This document shows, piece after piece, positions 1 to 7,944 of a stretch of 63,568 nucleotides of DNA; position 1 is the stretch's first letter; every line of letters starts with the position of its first letter. Made by a program: the position numbers and the translations under genes. Location of the stretch: IMG/VR virus record IMGVR_UViG_3300021963_006637, positions 1-63,568 of that record; one strand, 5' to 3'. Origin of the DNA: a virus (lineage: Duplodnaviria > Caudoviricetes). The notes beneath the pieces were generated by a model, which saw only the letters and a list, made by a program, of their open reading frames with translations, made no database searches and was not told the origin of the DNA.

Positions 1-20
1 AATTTTAACCTCCGGAGGAC

Positions 21-55
21 AAAGGAAAGGGGGAGAGAGTAACCCCCCACCCCCT
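21..55 (-). terminator. Probable intrinsic terminator after the speD-like gene
   Basis: Minus strand reads AGGGGGTGGGGG-GTTA-CTCTCTCCCCCT-TTCCTTT: a G/C-rich stem with G-U pairs followed by a T-rich tail, directly after the TAA at 56-58. Confidence 0.65.
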
Positions 56-454
56 TTATTTTTTCTTCCAAACTCCATTCTCTATTTCTTTGAACTCTTT
101 TCCATTTCTATCTATAAACTGATAGTATGCTGATTCCAACCCAAACCATTCATCAATTTCCTTAAGAACTTGCTTAACTGTAAAAGTTGAACAACTATAA
201 AGGTCGAATTGAAACATTGCAGGTTTTTCTGAATCCCATACATGAATAGAAGCGTGTGATGTTGCTAATGTTACGGTTCCGGTCATTCCTTCATTTCCTG
301 GCTCCGATACATACACCGATGTCGGGCCAGCTACTACTTTCATTCCAACACTTCTTACTAATTCAGTAAAGAATATATTTAATATTTTTTCATTTTTAGG
401 AGGGGATTTTAAATATCCTTTTACTAATAAGTGTATATGATTAGGTATAAACAT
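56..454 (-). CDS. speD: S-adenosylmethionine decarboxylase-like pyruvoyl proenzyme (class 1b size)
   Basis: 132 aa; N-terminal H-x-H-L-L, G-x-T-G-x-x-x-L-A-T-S-H-A-S-I-H-V-W (cf. LxESHxSxHTW), D-L-Y-S-C (cf. DvFTC). Confidence 0.8.
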   Translation of the reverse strand: MFIPNHIHLLVKGYLKSPPKNEKILNIFFTELVRSVGMKVVAGPTSVYVSEPGNEGMTGTVTLATSHASIHVWDSEKPAMFQFDLYSCSTFTVKQVLKEIDEWFGLESAYYQFIDRNGKEFKEIENGVWKKK

Positions 455-460
455 TTTTAT

Positions 461-469
461 TCCTCCTTA
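461..469 (-). promoter_or_regulatory. Shine-Dalgarno sequence TAAGGAGGA for the speD-like gene
   Basis: TAAGGAGGA-ATAAAA-ATG on the minus strand; the TAA is the stop codon of the upstream peptide ORF. Confidence 0.55.
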
Positions 470-598
470 TCGCCCTTGACCGCGATATTTTTTTGGTTTT
501 TGTTCTTTTGGGCCATAACCTTTTTTTGCTTTTCCGCTTATTTTCTTTCCGAAAGAAATCTTTTGTGAAACACCTGATGAACCTTTACTTTTTGCCAT
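467..598 (-). CDS. Small basic protein (43 aa) ending KKYRGQGR; not in the supplied ORF track
   Basis: Manual translation MAKSKGSSGVSQKISFGKKISGKAKKGYGPKEQKPKKYRGQGR*; fills the intergenic gap; I recall the YRGQG terminus from small T4-like phage proteins. Confidence 0.75.
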   Translation of the reverse strand: MAKSKGSSGVSQKISFGKKISGKAKKGYGPKEQKPKKYRGQGR

Positions 599-614
599 TT
601 GTTAAAAACATTTA

Positions 615-1361
615 TTAATATGAATTAACATAACCTATCAATTTATCAAAAACCTTTTTATTCCCTTCTTCTGTCAAATGGTAATCATTTAACATTTGTT
701 GGTTATTTATATTATTTTTTTCAGCCCAATTTTTCCAAATGTATTCTCTATTATCTTCATAAAACCCATTGTAATTTATCCTATCAATTAGGTCTTTTCT
801 TTTAATAAAAAAATCATTATCTACATTAAATATTGGGTTGAATATGTTTTCAATTGTTAATAATAAAAATTTACAACTTTTATTTTCTTTTTCTTTCTTT
901 TGAATTAATTTGTTTGCATTATACAAATCATTTATTAAAAAAAGAGGTTCAAATTTAGTTACAAAATCAAAGTAAGTTTGAGTATCATCTAAATTAAAAA
1001 ACCCATCACCACCTTCACCAAATTTTATTGATGCAGTAGTAATAGGCCCCTTTAAATAATCATCAAAACACCAAGTTTGATTTCGTTGTATCGATGAATC
1101 AAAATTTAAAAATTCATAACGATTGAACCCAGTTAATTGTAATATAATAACTGAATCATCTTCAAATGATGTTGATGCAAAATCTAATAATATTGAGTTA
1201 TTTCCTCTAGCTGAATATGAAGAGTCAATTAATTCCAATCCTAACTCTTCTGCTAATAATTCGGTGTATAATCTATTTTGAGGATAGTTGTATTGTGTTA
1301 CACACCAATTTTTCCAATCTAACGAAGTAAATGAGCAACCAAATGAATATAACCTTTTCAC
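615..1361 (-). CDS. SGNH/GDSL-hydrolase-like protein
   Basis: N-terminal FGCSFT (block I), ARGN (block II), C-terminal DYHLTEEGN (D-x-H block V). Confidence 0.6.
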   Translation of the reverse strand: MKRLYSFGCSFTSLDWKNWCVTQYNYPQNRLYTELLAEELGLELIDSSYSARGNNSILLDFASTSFEDDSVIILQLTGFNRYEFLNFDSSIQRNQTWCFDDYLKGPITTASIKFGEGGDGFFNLDDTQTYFDFVTKFEPLFLINDLYNANKLIQKKEKENKSCKFLLLTIENIFNPIFNVDNDFFIKRKDLIDRINYNGFYEDNREYIWKNWAEKNNINNQQMLNDYHLTEEGNKKVFDKLIGYVNSY

Positions 1362-1370
1362 TCTATAATT

Positions 1371-1967
1371 TTATCCAATATAGCAATTTAATTCATATTT
1401 ACCATTACCCATACCATATACTTGTATGTGTAATTGTTTTCTTTGTTCTTTACCATCTTTTGTTAATCTAATAGAAAATCTATTGGTTTTACCTTCAGAT
1501 GGTTTTTTTGGCCCAACTCCTATTTTTGTAAATGCATCATCATTATCAATTTCAAATCCTTGCTTTTCAGCCCACTCTCTAGCGGTTTCAATTGCAGATG
1601 TATATGAATTATGATAAACCTGAAACTTTGCTTCGTTTAATATATCTCTTAATTTTATCATTTTAGTTTCTTTTATTTCAGTTTGATATAATTCCAGTCC
1701 AGTCAAATCTCCTCTACCGATACTTTGAATAGATGCTTCAATTGATGTTAATTTATGAGTAGTTGGACTTTGTGTAAAGTTTGTTTCATCCCCTTGTCTG
1801 TTAACTTGCTTCAATGTAACATTATCTCCATTAATAGAATCAACTTTATAATATTTTTCAGGAAACAAACCTTTTAAAAGAGGATACCCATACACTACAT
1901 ATATATTTCCAACTTTTACGTTAGATTCTACTATTTTAGTCTTAAGTATATCTTTTAATCTCATCAT
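1371..1967 (-). CDS. Hypothetical two-module protein, probable head-packaged protein
   Basis: Leader MMRLKDIL...VE plus a second internal leader MIKLRDILNE (ATG at 1659-1661); C-terminal module ends YELNCYIG. Confidence 0.55.
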   Translation of the reverse strand: MMRLKDILKTKIVESNVKVGNIYVVYGYPLLKGLFPEKYYKVDSINGDNVTLKQVNRQGDETNFTQSPTTHKLTSIEASIQSIGRGDLTGLELYQTEIKETKMIKLRDILNEAKFQVYHNSYTSAIETAREWAEKQGFEIDNDDAFTKIGVGPKKPSEGKTNRFSIRLTKDGKEQRKQLHIQVYGMGNGKYELNCYIG

Positions 1968-1972
1968 TTTAA

Positions 1973-2236
1973 TTAAAATCCTAAAATAATTTCCTGACCA
2001 TCTATTTCAATCCAACGAATTTGAAGAGATAATAATTTTTTCAAATCAGCGCTCTCTATTCTCTCACGTCCATTTGGAACTTTGATATAAACTATATACC
2101 CATGAATACCATCGAATATCTCACCATGCTTACCACCTAATATTTTTTCAAAAGCCAATACTTGCTTTGCTTTAGTAACAGGTATTTCACCCAATTCTAC
2201 TTCAGATGCTTCAGTTATTAAAGATTTTAATTTCAT
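1973..2236 (-). CDS. Hypothetical protein with MKLKSLITE leader
   Basis: 87-aa ORF in a tightly packed array; leader shared with its neighbours. Confidence 0.6.
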   Translation of the reverse strand: MKLKSLITEASEVELGEIPVTKAKQVLAFEKILGGKHGEIFDGIHGYIVYIKVPNGRERIESADLKKLLSLQIRWIEIDGQEIILGF

Positions 2237-2247
2237 TTTGTATTATT

Positions 2248-3189
2248 TTACTTACCAAATGCTTTTATAATTCCTTGTGCAAACTTATTGTTTGGTTTAC
2301 CAACAATCGCAGTTGATATATCCATTCTATTACTTAAAGTTTTTGGCCCTTTTAATTTAAGAAATGCTAATAATTTTCTATCATCAATATTATTATCATC
2401 GATAAACTTTTGAACTGCTGATACTCTTACCCCAGTCAAATTACCTATTTCTTGTGCTTCCGATTCCTTAATCATTTTTGATAATGAAATTTTACCTTCT
2501 TTATTCAAAGCTTTCATATAAGGTTTATTATCAAATATAGATTGAATTTTATCCGCTTCCTTATGGAAACCATTCATTCTTAATGTGAATGCAATACCAT
2601 CAGCAGCTTCTACACCACTCCATCCCGATTCCTGTGATACACTAACTGCATAATTACGAGTATTATCATCATAATCCCAATACTCAGAACTATCTACTCC
2701 ACTCTTAATGGCTTTCATTTTTTCTGCGTAATTTGGGTCATCCATTCTAGGATAATTTACTTTCTTAGCCCATTCAGGTTTTCCTTCGATAGATGCTACT
2801 AATTCTCTTGCTTCATCATGAAAGTTTGAATCAGTTAAAGCCTCAACCGCTGCCTTATACATTGTTTTTACATATTCCTTATTACCTAATTTTTCAGGAG
2901 TAATACCAGCTTTTTCAGCACCGCTCTTAGCTTTTTTATTTACATTTGGATTACCTTGTCTTTTTGGTGTTTGAAATCCACCATCTCTCTTTGGTTCATC
3001 CTTTTTAGGTTCTTCTTTTTTAGGCTCTGATTTAGGAGCTTCACTTTTTTTACTTGCTGCACCAACAGTTGTGTTTTTCCCAGCAACCTTAACCTTAGTG
3101 GTATCTCTCATTTTATGCTTTTCTTTGTAAGCATCAAATGCCGCTTGCGAACCAAATTCAATTTCAGAAATAATACCTTTTAATTTCAT
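2248..3189 (-). CDS. Hypothetical multi-module protein with MKLKGIISE leader
   Basis: 313 aa; K/E/P-rich linker (EPKK repeats); internal leader-like ISLSKMIKE. Confidence 0.6.
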   Translation of the reverse strand: MKLKGIISEIEFGSQAAFDAYKEKHKMRDTTKVKVAGKNTTVGAASKKSEAPKSEPKKEEPKKDEPKRDGGFQTPKRQGNPNVNKKAKSGAEKAGITPEKLGNKEYVKTMYKAAVEALTDSNFHDEARELVASIEGKPEWAKKVNYPRMDDPNYAEKMKAIKSGVDSSEYWDYDDNTRNYAVSVSQESGWSGVEAADGIAFTLRMNGFHKEADKIQSIFDNKPYMKALNKEGKISLSKMIKESEAQEIGNLTGVRVSAVQKFIDDNNIDDRKLLAFLKLKGPKTLSNRMDISTAIVGKPNNKFAQGIIKAFGK

Positions 3190-3213
3190 CTTATTTTATA
3201 ATTTATTTAATTA

Positions 3214-4359
3214 TTAATGCTGGTGTAATCCCCCACATCCACAATCGTGATTTTCGTTACAACCACAATCATGTTCTTCTTTTACCGGTTCATATCCTCT
3301 TTTTTGAGTATCCTTAGTATCATATTGGTGTCCATGTTTTTTATCTCTTAAATCATCAAAATCTATGGTATCCAATTCGGGCCCATGCCCCATATCTTTT
3401 GTGTAACTAGATGATGCATGGTGCTTATTAAAATCTTTTTCAGCTTCTGATCCAGCTACCGATTCTCTTACAAATTTCCCATCTTTATCTGCTACATAAT
3501 AAGCAACCATATTGTATGAACCACCTCTTTCCTTTTCAAGTTTTTCTACTGCTTTCTTAGCATCTTTATATGATGAATACGAATCTTTAAAAACTCCTGT
3601 ACCTTGCCCTCTACCTTTATTATATCCTACAAAATACAAACCTTCGTTTACTGATTCTGCTTTTGAGGTATCAGTTTTTAAAAATGGCCCTCTTCTAAGT
3701 GTTCTAAAATCTATGTTTATTTCTTGTCCAAATAATTCCGTTGGTGCTAATACTTTTAGCTTAACAGTTTGTTTTTGATTATCTATGCCAACTAATTCAA
3801 AATCAACCTCACTGTGTTTCTTACCTTTTAGAGTTACATTCTTTCCTGTGATGAATTTATTAACTTTACCACTACTAACTGCCTGTGCTTCGTTTGTTGA
3901 TTCTTTAATTCTCAACTCATCCTGAACATCAGTTATTTCGGTATAATCCATATCCTTTAAATCATCTACAATTCTATTTCTAGATACATTAGGGTTTTTA
4001 GATACGGCTACTCCTACTTTCTTTTTTGTAAAAGGGCCTCCATTATCGTACAACTTCATAATTGCTTTAAAGTGTACATCTCTCTCACTTGTTTCCCCTA
4101 AATTTCTTGCATCATATGGGTCTACTACTGAACCAAAAGCTCCCTCTCCTTTTAAAACTTCTCTTATCACACTTTTGATAAATTCCCTAACGTGAGTTGG
4201 CAATCCTTTGTGTTTTGTAGAAGCAAAGTCTTTCGCATCAGATTTTTTCATTGAATCTGCTGCTTTTTCAACTTCTTTTGATGGAGCTTCCATATCGCCT
4301 TTTTGAGTCGCATGAACCATACCCATAAATCGTTGTTGTGCTTTTGATACTGCTGGCAT
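3214..4359 (-). CDS. Modular protein with DUF3008-like N-terminus (MPAVSKAQQRFMGMV) and ES(T/V)NE-delimited modules
   Basis: N-terminus resembles a small domain recurrent in T4-like phages; ESTNE, ESVNE and RESVA junctions; C-terminal HDCGC x2. Confidence 0.6.
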   Translation of the reverse strand: MPAVSKAQQRFMGMVHATQKGDMEAPSKEVEKAADSMKKSDAKDFASTKHKGLPTHVREFIKSVIREVLKGEGAFGSVVDPYDARNLGETSERDVHFKAIMKLYDNGGPFTKKKVGVAVSKNPNVSRNRIVDDLKDMDYTEITDVQDELRIKESTNEAQAVSSGKVNKFITGKNVTLKGKKHSEVDFELVGIDNQKQTVKLKVLAPTELFGQEINIDFRTLRRGPFLKTDTSKAESVNEGLYFVGYNKGRGQGTGVFKDSYSSYKDAKKAVEKLEKERGGSYNMVAYYVADKDGKFVRESVAGSEAEKDFNKHHASSSYTKDMGHGPELDTIDFDDLRDKKHGHQYDTKDTQKRGYEPVKEEHDCGCNENHDCGCGGLHQH

Positions 4360-4364
4360 ATTCC

Positions 4365-4637
4365 TTATTTTATAGATACTTTAAATTTTTGATCTGCTAC
4401 CGGCAAATCATCATCCCATTCTGGATCTTCTACGATATTAAATGAATCCATTTGGGTATCCATAAAATAAATAGTTCCTCCATTATTAGGTGAATTTATA
4501 TCATCTACAATAGCTTCCATAAACTTTGAACCTTTTATTAATTCAACTCCTCCAAATAATTCAGCTCCATCTAATAATTCAAAATTTTCATCAGTTACAA
4601 CTACTGAATTTTCTAATTTCCATTCCGATACTTTCAT
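4365..4637 (-). CDS. Small acidic hypothetical protein (paralog of 4639..4896)
   Basis: Shares SE(W/F)K(L/I)EN and F-x-IVED-x-E-(W/Y)-D-x-x-LP-x-x-x-QKFKV with its neighbour. Confidence 0.7.
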   Translation of the reverse strand: MKVSEWKLENSVVVTDENFELLDGAELFGGVELIKGSKFMEAIVDDINSPNNGGTIYFMDTQMDSFNIVEDPEWDDDLPVADQKFKVSIK

Positions 4638-4638
4638 T

Positions 4639-4896
4639 TTATTTTAGTTTTACTTTAAATTTTTGTTCCGATAACGGTAAAAATATATCATATTCAGCAT
4701 CTTCAACTATTTCAAAATTTTCTAATTGAGATGGAGTGAAATGAATTAACCTTTCAGAATCATCTACATCTATGAATAAAGCATCTATAAGTTTATCCCC
4801 TTCTGATGGACTGGTGCCATCAAATAATATAACCGATTCTGCTACTTCAGCCGTAATGGGTTTATGATTTTCTATTTTAAATTCTGATATTGTCAT
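4639..4896 (-). CDS. Small acidic hypothetical protein (paralog of 4365..4637)
   Basis: Same shared motifs; preceded by the ATATTTATA motif at 4919-4927. Confidence 0.7.
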   Translation of the reverse strand: MTISEFKIENHKPITAEVAESVILFDGTSPSEGDKLIDALFIDVDDSERLIHFTPSQLENFEIVEDAEYDIFLPLSEQKFKVKLK

Positions 4897-4918
4897 TATT
4901 TTTAGATTTTGAGTTATA

Positions 4919-4927
4919 TATAAATAT
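4919..4927 (-). promoter_or_regulatory. Recurrent upstream motif ATATTTATA (candidate phage late promoter)
   Basis: Exact copies upstream of genes at 4919, 8656, 21117, 44653 and 62078; near-copies at 9472, 10787, 36801, 45027, 51603, 54470 and 63102. Confidence 0.55.
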
Positions 4928-4939
4928 TGAATTGATTAA

Positions 4940-5632
4940 TTAAACAAATTTTTCATCAAATAATACTCCAGTTAATATAGCAAACCTATTATAATTATCC
5001 TTTTCTATTGGAGTTACCGAGTGTATAGGGTTATGTTTCATAAAATCTAATACTGCAAAATTACCCCACTTTGGTTGCTGTTTAAACTTATTTTGTAAAA
5101 CCAACTCACCCCCATAATCCTCTCCCCACTCTTCATTTAAGTAGATTAGGATATTACAAATCATCCTAGAGCTTCCACCATCCGCATGATCTTCAATAAA
5201 ACACCCTTTTGTAAAATTAGATACGTTGATTACATTTCGGTGGATTTCCCACGCTTTCTCTGATATCTCCTTACCATAACAATATTCTAATATTGAAATA
5301 AAAAGTTCTTTTACAATAGGAAATACATTTTGTAATATATTTGATCCCTCAGGATTATCATTATTTATAGTATAAAATATCTGCCAAACATCCTTTCCTT
5401 TATTTTTTTGGCTTAACCATAATTCTTTTATGGCCTCCGCTTCTTCAAAAGAATTAGTGGTCGTGCTTTCAATTTTATCCGAATATTCACCTAAATAAGA
5501 GTGAGTAACTCTAGTAAAATATTCCCTATTAAGAAGAGGTTTTAGAACATTTAATTTTTCAAAAAGTGAATTATCTATTTCAGAAAGATGGCCTAGATAA
5601 CAACCATTTTCCTCTATTTGTTTTTTAATCAT
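4940..5632 (-). CDS. 2OG-Fe(II) oxygenase (prolyl-4-hydroxylase-like)
   Basis: H-A-D, LIYLNEEW..YGGEL, distal HSV, RFAI. Confidence 0.8.
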   Translation of the reverse strand: MIKKQIEENGCYLGHLSEIDNSLFEKLNVLKPLLNREYFTRVTHSYLGEYSDKIESTTTNSFEEAEAIKELWLSQKNKGKDVWQIFYTINNDNPEGSNILQNVFPIVKELFISILEYCYGKEISEKAWEIHRNVINVSNFTKGCFIEDHADGGSSRMICNILIYLNEEWGEDYGGELVLQNKFKQQPKWGNFAVLDFMKHNPIHSVTPIEKDNYNRFAILTGVLFDEKFV

Positions 5633-6152
5633 GTTTTACCAACTGAACTTTTTTTCTGATGTTAGGGTATTTACTTAATCTTTTTCTAACAGCATCAACA
5701 TTTTTAGAAGAATCATCTACAAAATAAACATTATCATATCCTTGATTCTTTATTTCTCTTTCTATCCAATCCGCCTTTGATTCAGGATTGTTATCTCCTA
5801 ATGCTACAACAAATACATCTCTAATCCCACTATCTTTTATGAAATCATATACAGGTTTATAAGCACTTCTTGCAGTAAGGATATAAACTGCTCTGGAAGA
5901 ATCCTTTACCATTCTTCTTAGCAATTCAAAATATGCTTTAATTATTCGAGGATTTTTAACTTGATTAAAATCTCTAAAATCAAATTGGTCACCAGGTCTT
6001 TCTTTATAAACTGCATATTGTCCTGGTGTTAATTTTGATGTTTTACCATCTTTGTGAGTTATGTAGATATAAGAAGTTGTTTTGACAAGGGTATCATCAA
6101 AATCAAAAACTCTAAGTTTTTTATCTTCTACGAATAGGCTTCTTGCAATCAT
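5625..6152 (-). CDS. HAD-superfamily phosphatase (polynucleotide 3'-phosphatase/RNA-repair-like)
   Basis: Motif I FDFDDTL, motif II LTAR, motif III K, motif IV FVDDS. Confidence 0.75.
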   Translation of the reverse strand: MIARSLFVEDKKLRVFDFDDTLVKTTSYIYITHKDGKTSKLTPGQYAVYKERPGDQFDFRDFNQVKNPRIIKAYFELLRRMVKDSSRAVYILTARSAYKPVYDFIKDSGIRDVFVVALGDNNPESKADWIEREIKNQGYDNVYFVDDSSKNVDAVRKRLSKYPNIRKKVQLVKHD

Positions 6153-6463
6153 TAGCCATTAATTACTTTTTTGGTTCTACTTTTTTTAGAAAGCTCTTCG
6201 TTTTCTTTAGTAAGGTATTCCACCTTAACAGTTAAAGCGGCTACTTGCTTAGTTAAATCTAAAATCATATTTCTCATCTCATCCTTTTCTTTAGAAGATT
6301 GAGCTAAAAGGGCTTCTAATTTTGCAATGCGGTCTTTACAATCATGTCTGATAAAATCATCATCTCTATCTTTCTTCTGAGCTCTTTTCTCATAGAAACG
6401 AAATGCAGATGCTCCACCTAATACTGTTATCGCCGTAATGATTACTGAATAAATGTTTTCCAT
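6152..6463 (-). CDS. Membrane-anchored coiled-coil protein (holin/spanin-like architecture possible)
   Basis: One N-terminal hydrophobic helix (IYSVIITAITVLGG) followed by a heptad coiled coil. Confidence 0.5.
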   Translation of the reverse strand: MENIYSVIITAITVLGGASAFRFYEKRAQKKDRDDDFIRHDCKDRIAKLEALLAQSSKEKDEMRNMILDLTKQVAALTVKVEYLTKENEELSKKSRTKKVING

Positions 6464-6465
6464 AA

Positions 6466-7941
6466 TTAATATATTCCAGGTCTATCACCTTTTTTCATAG
6501 TATCCGCCCACATTTGAAACATCTTTTTAATATCAGATGGCAGTTGTTTATCTCTAATTGATAATTTTCCATCTGGTGAAATATGTGCAATTATTTTATA
6601 ATCACCATGCTCTTCCTCTGCTCTATTCCATATAGTTAAACCATTACCCATCCATCCAGATCCAATATCATATTTCTTAGCTTCAGTTCTAATCATTTTA
6701 CCGATTACAGGAGTTTCAACAATAGAATTAACAATATCAGTTAATCTTGCTTCGTTTACTGACTCATCAGCTGGATACTTGATACCAAATTTTGCAAGCG
6801 CTTTTCTTTGGTATTCTAACCCCTTTGCAGCTCTACTTAGATATTTTTTAAAAAATGCAAGCATCTCCTCTTTTGTATCAAATGCTTGTGACCCCCTAAA
6901 CTGTTTATCACTTAAATCAGTAGTCCAAAATGCGGCAGAATCTCTATCATAGTCATAGTATCCCACAGGTTTACCATTTAATAATATTTTACCATCTTTA
7001 GCAATTAGACTTTCGTTTACCGATTCAGATAATCTATATTTCATTCCTAAATGACCTTTACCCATATCTTTTACGGTAAACTTTTGGTGAAATGTAGAAT
7101 TTTGTGCCCCTTTTGGAGTAATATCTAAAATCCAACCATTACCATCTTTTGTTAGGAAATATGCATTTTTATCACTCGTCAAAGTTCTTACAATTGAATC
7201 CTTTGATAATCCTTCGTTTACGGATTCAGATTTGTTTAATTTAAAATAAATTTGATTCTTTAATTTTTGGAATGCATCAGTTGCTGCTTTTTGATTTCCA
7301 ACAAATCCCATTTTTAAACCAATTTCTTTTGAACGAACACCTTGTCTAGCTAATTTTTCAATTTGTGCCGCAATTGGTTTAGAAACTACTTGAGTCGGAG
7401 TTTCTACTGAAATAATATGTTTAAACTCTTCGTTTAATGTTTCCAATTTCAAACTTCTTTGTGCATTAGTTAAACCACTAATAATAGATTTTAATCCACC
7501 CTTAACTCCTTCGGTATCTCTATCCTTAACTCTCTTATCTAAAATTTTTGTGTTCATTTTTAGAAAGTTAATGATTGCGGTTTCAACTGCATTCCATTTG
7601 ATTTCCTCTTCGTTTATGGATTCATTTGTGTTTCCGTATTCATGATAGTTAGATGATGCTTGAGAAATAAAGTTTTCTGCATTAGTAATGTGATCTTGAA
7701 TCCAAGCAGGAATATCTTTTTCGTTTTCTCCCATCTTAGCTTTTAATTCAGTTGCCATCTTAATGATAGTATCTAATGAATTTTGAGCCATAGAAACTTC
7801 GTGGTCTTCTTCATTTACAACTTCTTCTTTAACCGAAGGTTGTGGTGCAAATGCTCTTACATATGGATTTGGAATTACCTGTCCAGGTTGAGCATTTAAA
7901 CTCTTTAACCCTAAATTATCCATCAAACTTTTCAAATTCAT
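6466..7941 (-). CDS. Polyprotein-like modular protein (leader plus 6 modules separated by E-x-x-N-E)
   Basis: Leader MNLKSLMD; junctions EVVNE, ESINE, ETLNE and ESVNE x3, spaced 60-87 aa apart. Confidence 0.65.
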   Translation of the reverse strand: MNLKSLMDNLGLKSLNAQPGQVIPNPYVRAFAPQPSVKEEVVNEEDHEVSMAQNSLDTIIKMATELKAKMGENEKDIPAWIQDHITNAENFISQASSNYHEYGNTNESINEEEIKWNAVETAIINFLKMNTKILDKRVKDRDTEGVKGGLKSIISGLTNAQRSLKLETLNEEFKHIISVETPTQVVSKPIAAQIEKLARQGVRSKEIGLKMGFVGNQKAATDAFQKLKNQIYFKLNKSESVNEGLSKDSIVRTLTSDKNAYFLTKDGNGWILDITPKGAQNSTFHQKFTVKDMGKGHLGMKYRLSESVNESLIAKDGKILLNGKPVGYYDYDRDSAAFWTTDLSDKQFRGSQAFDTKEEMLAFFKKYLSRAAKGLEYQRKALAKFGIKYPADESVNEARLTDIVNSIVETPVIGKMIRTEAKKYDIGSGWMGNGLTIWNRAEEEHGDYKIIAHISPDGKLSIRDKQLPSDIKKMFQMWADTMKKGDRPGIY

Positions 7942-7944
7942 TTT

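Larger units (their letters stand above)
3643..7623 (-). repeat. Dispersed 15-bp repeat GA(A/G)(T/A)CNNNAAACGAA encoding E-[ST]-x-N-E (7 copies)
   Basis: Copies at 3643-3657, 3889-3903, 6751-6765, 7012-7026, 7213-7227, 7429-7443 and 7609-7623, all ending AAACGAA on the coding strand. Confidence 0.8.

Noticed and set aside
3643-7623. Regularly spaced 15-bp repeats as a CRISPR array
   Set aside because: Repeats are short and degenerate, spacers are 165-246 nt and in-frame coding, and there is no cas operon
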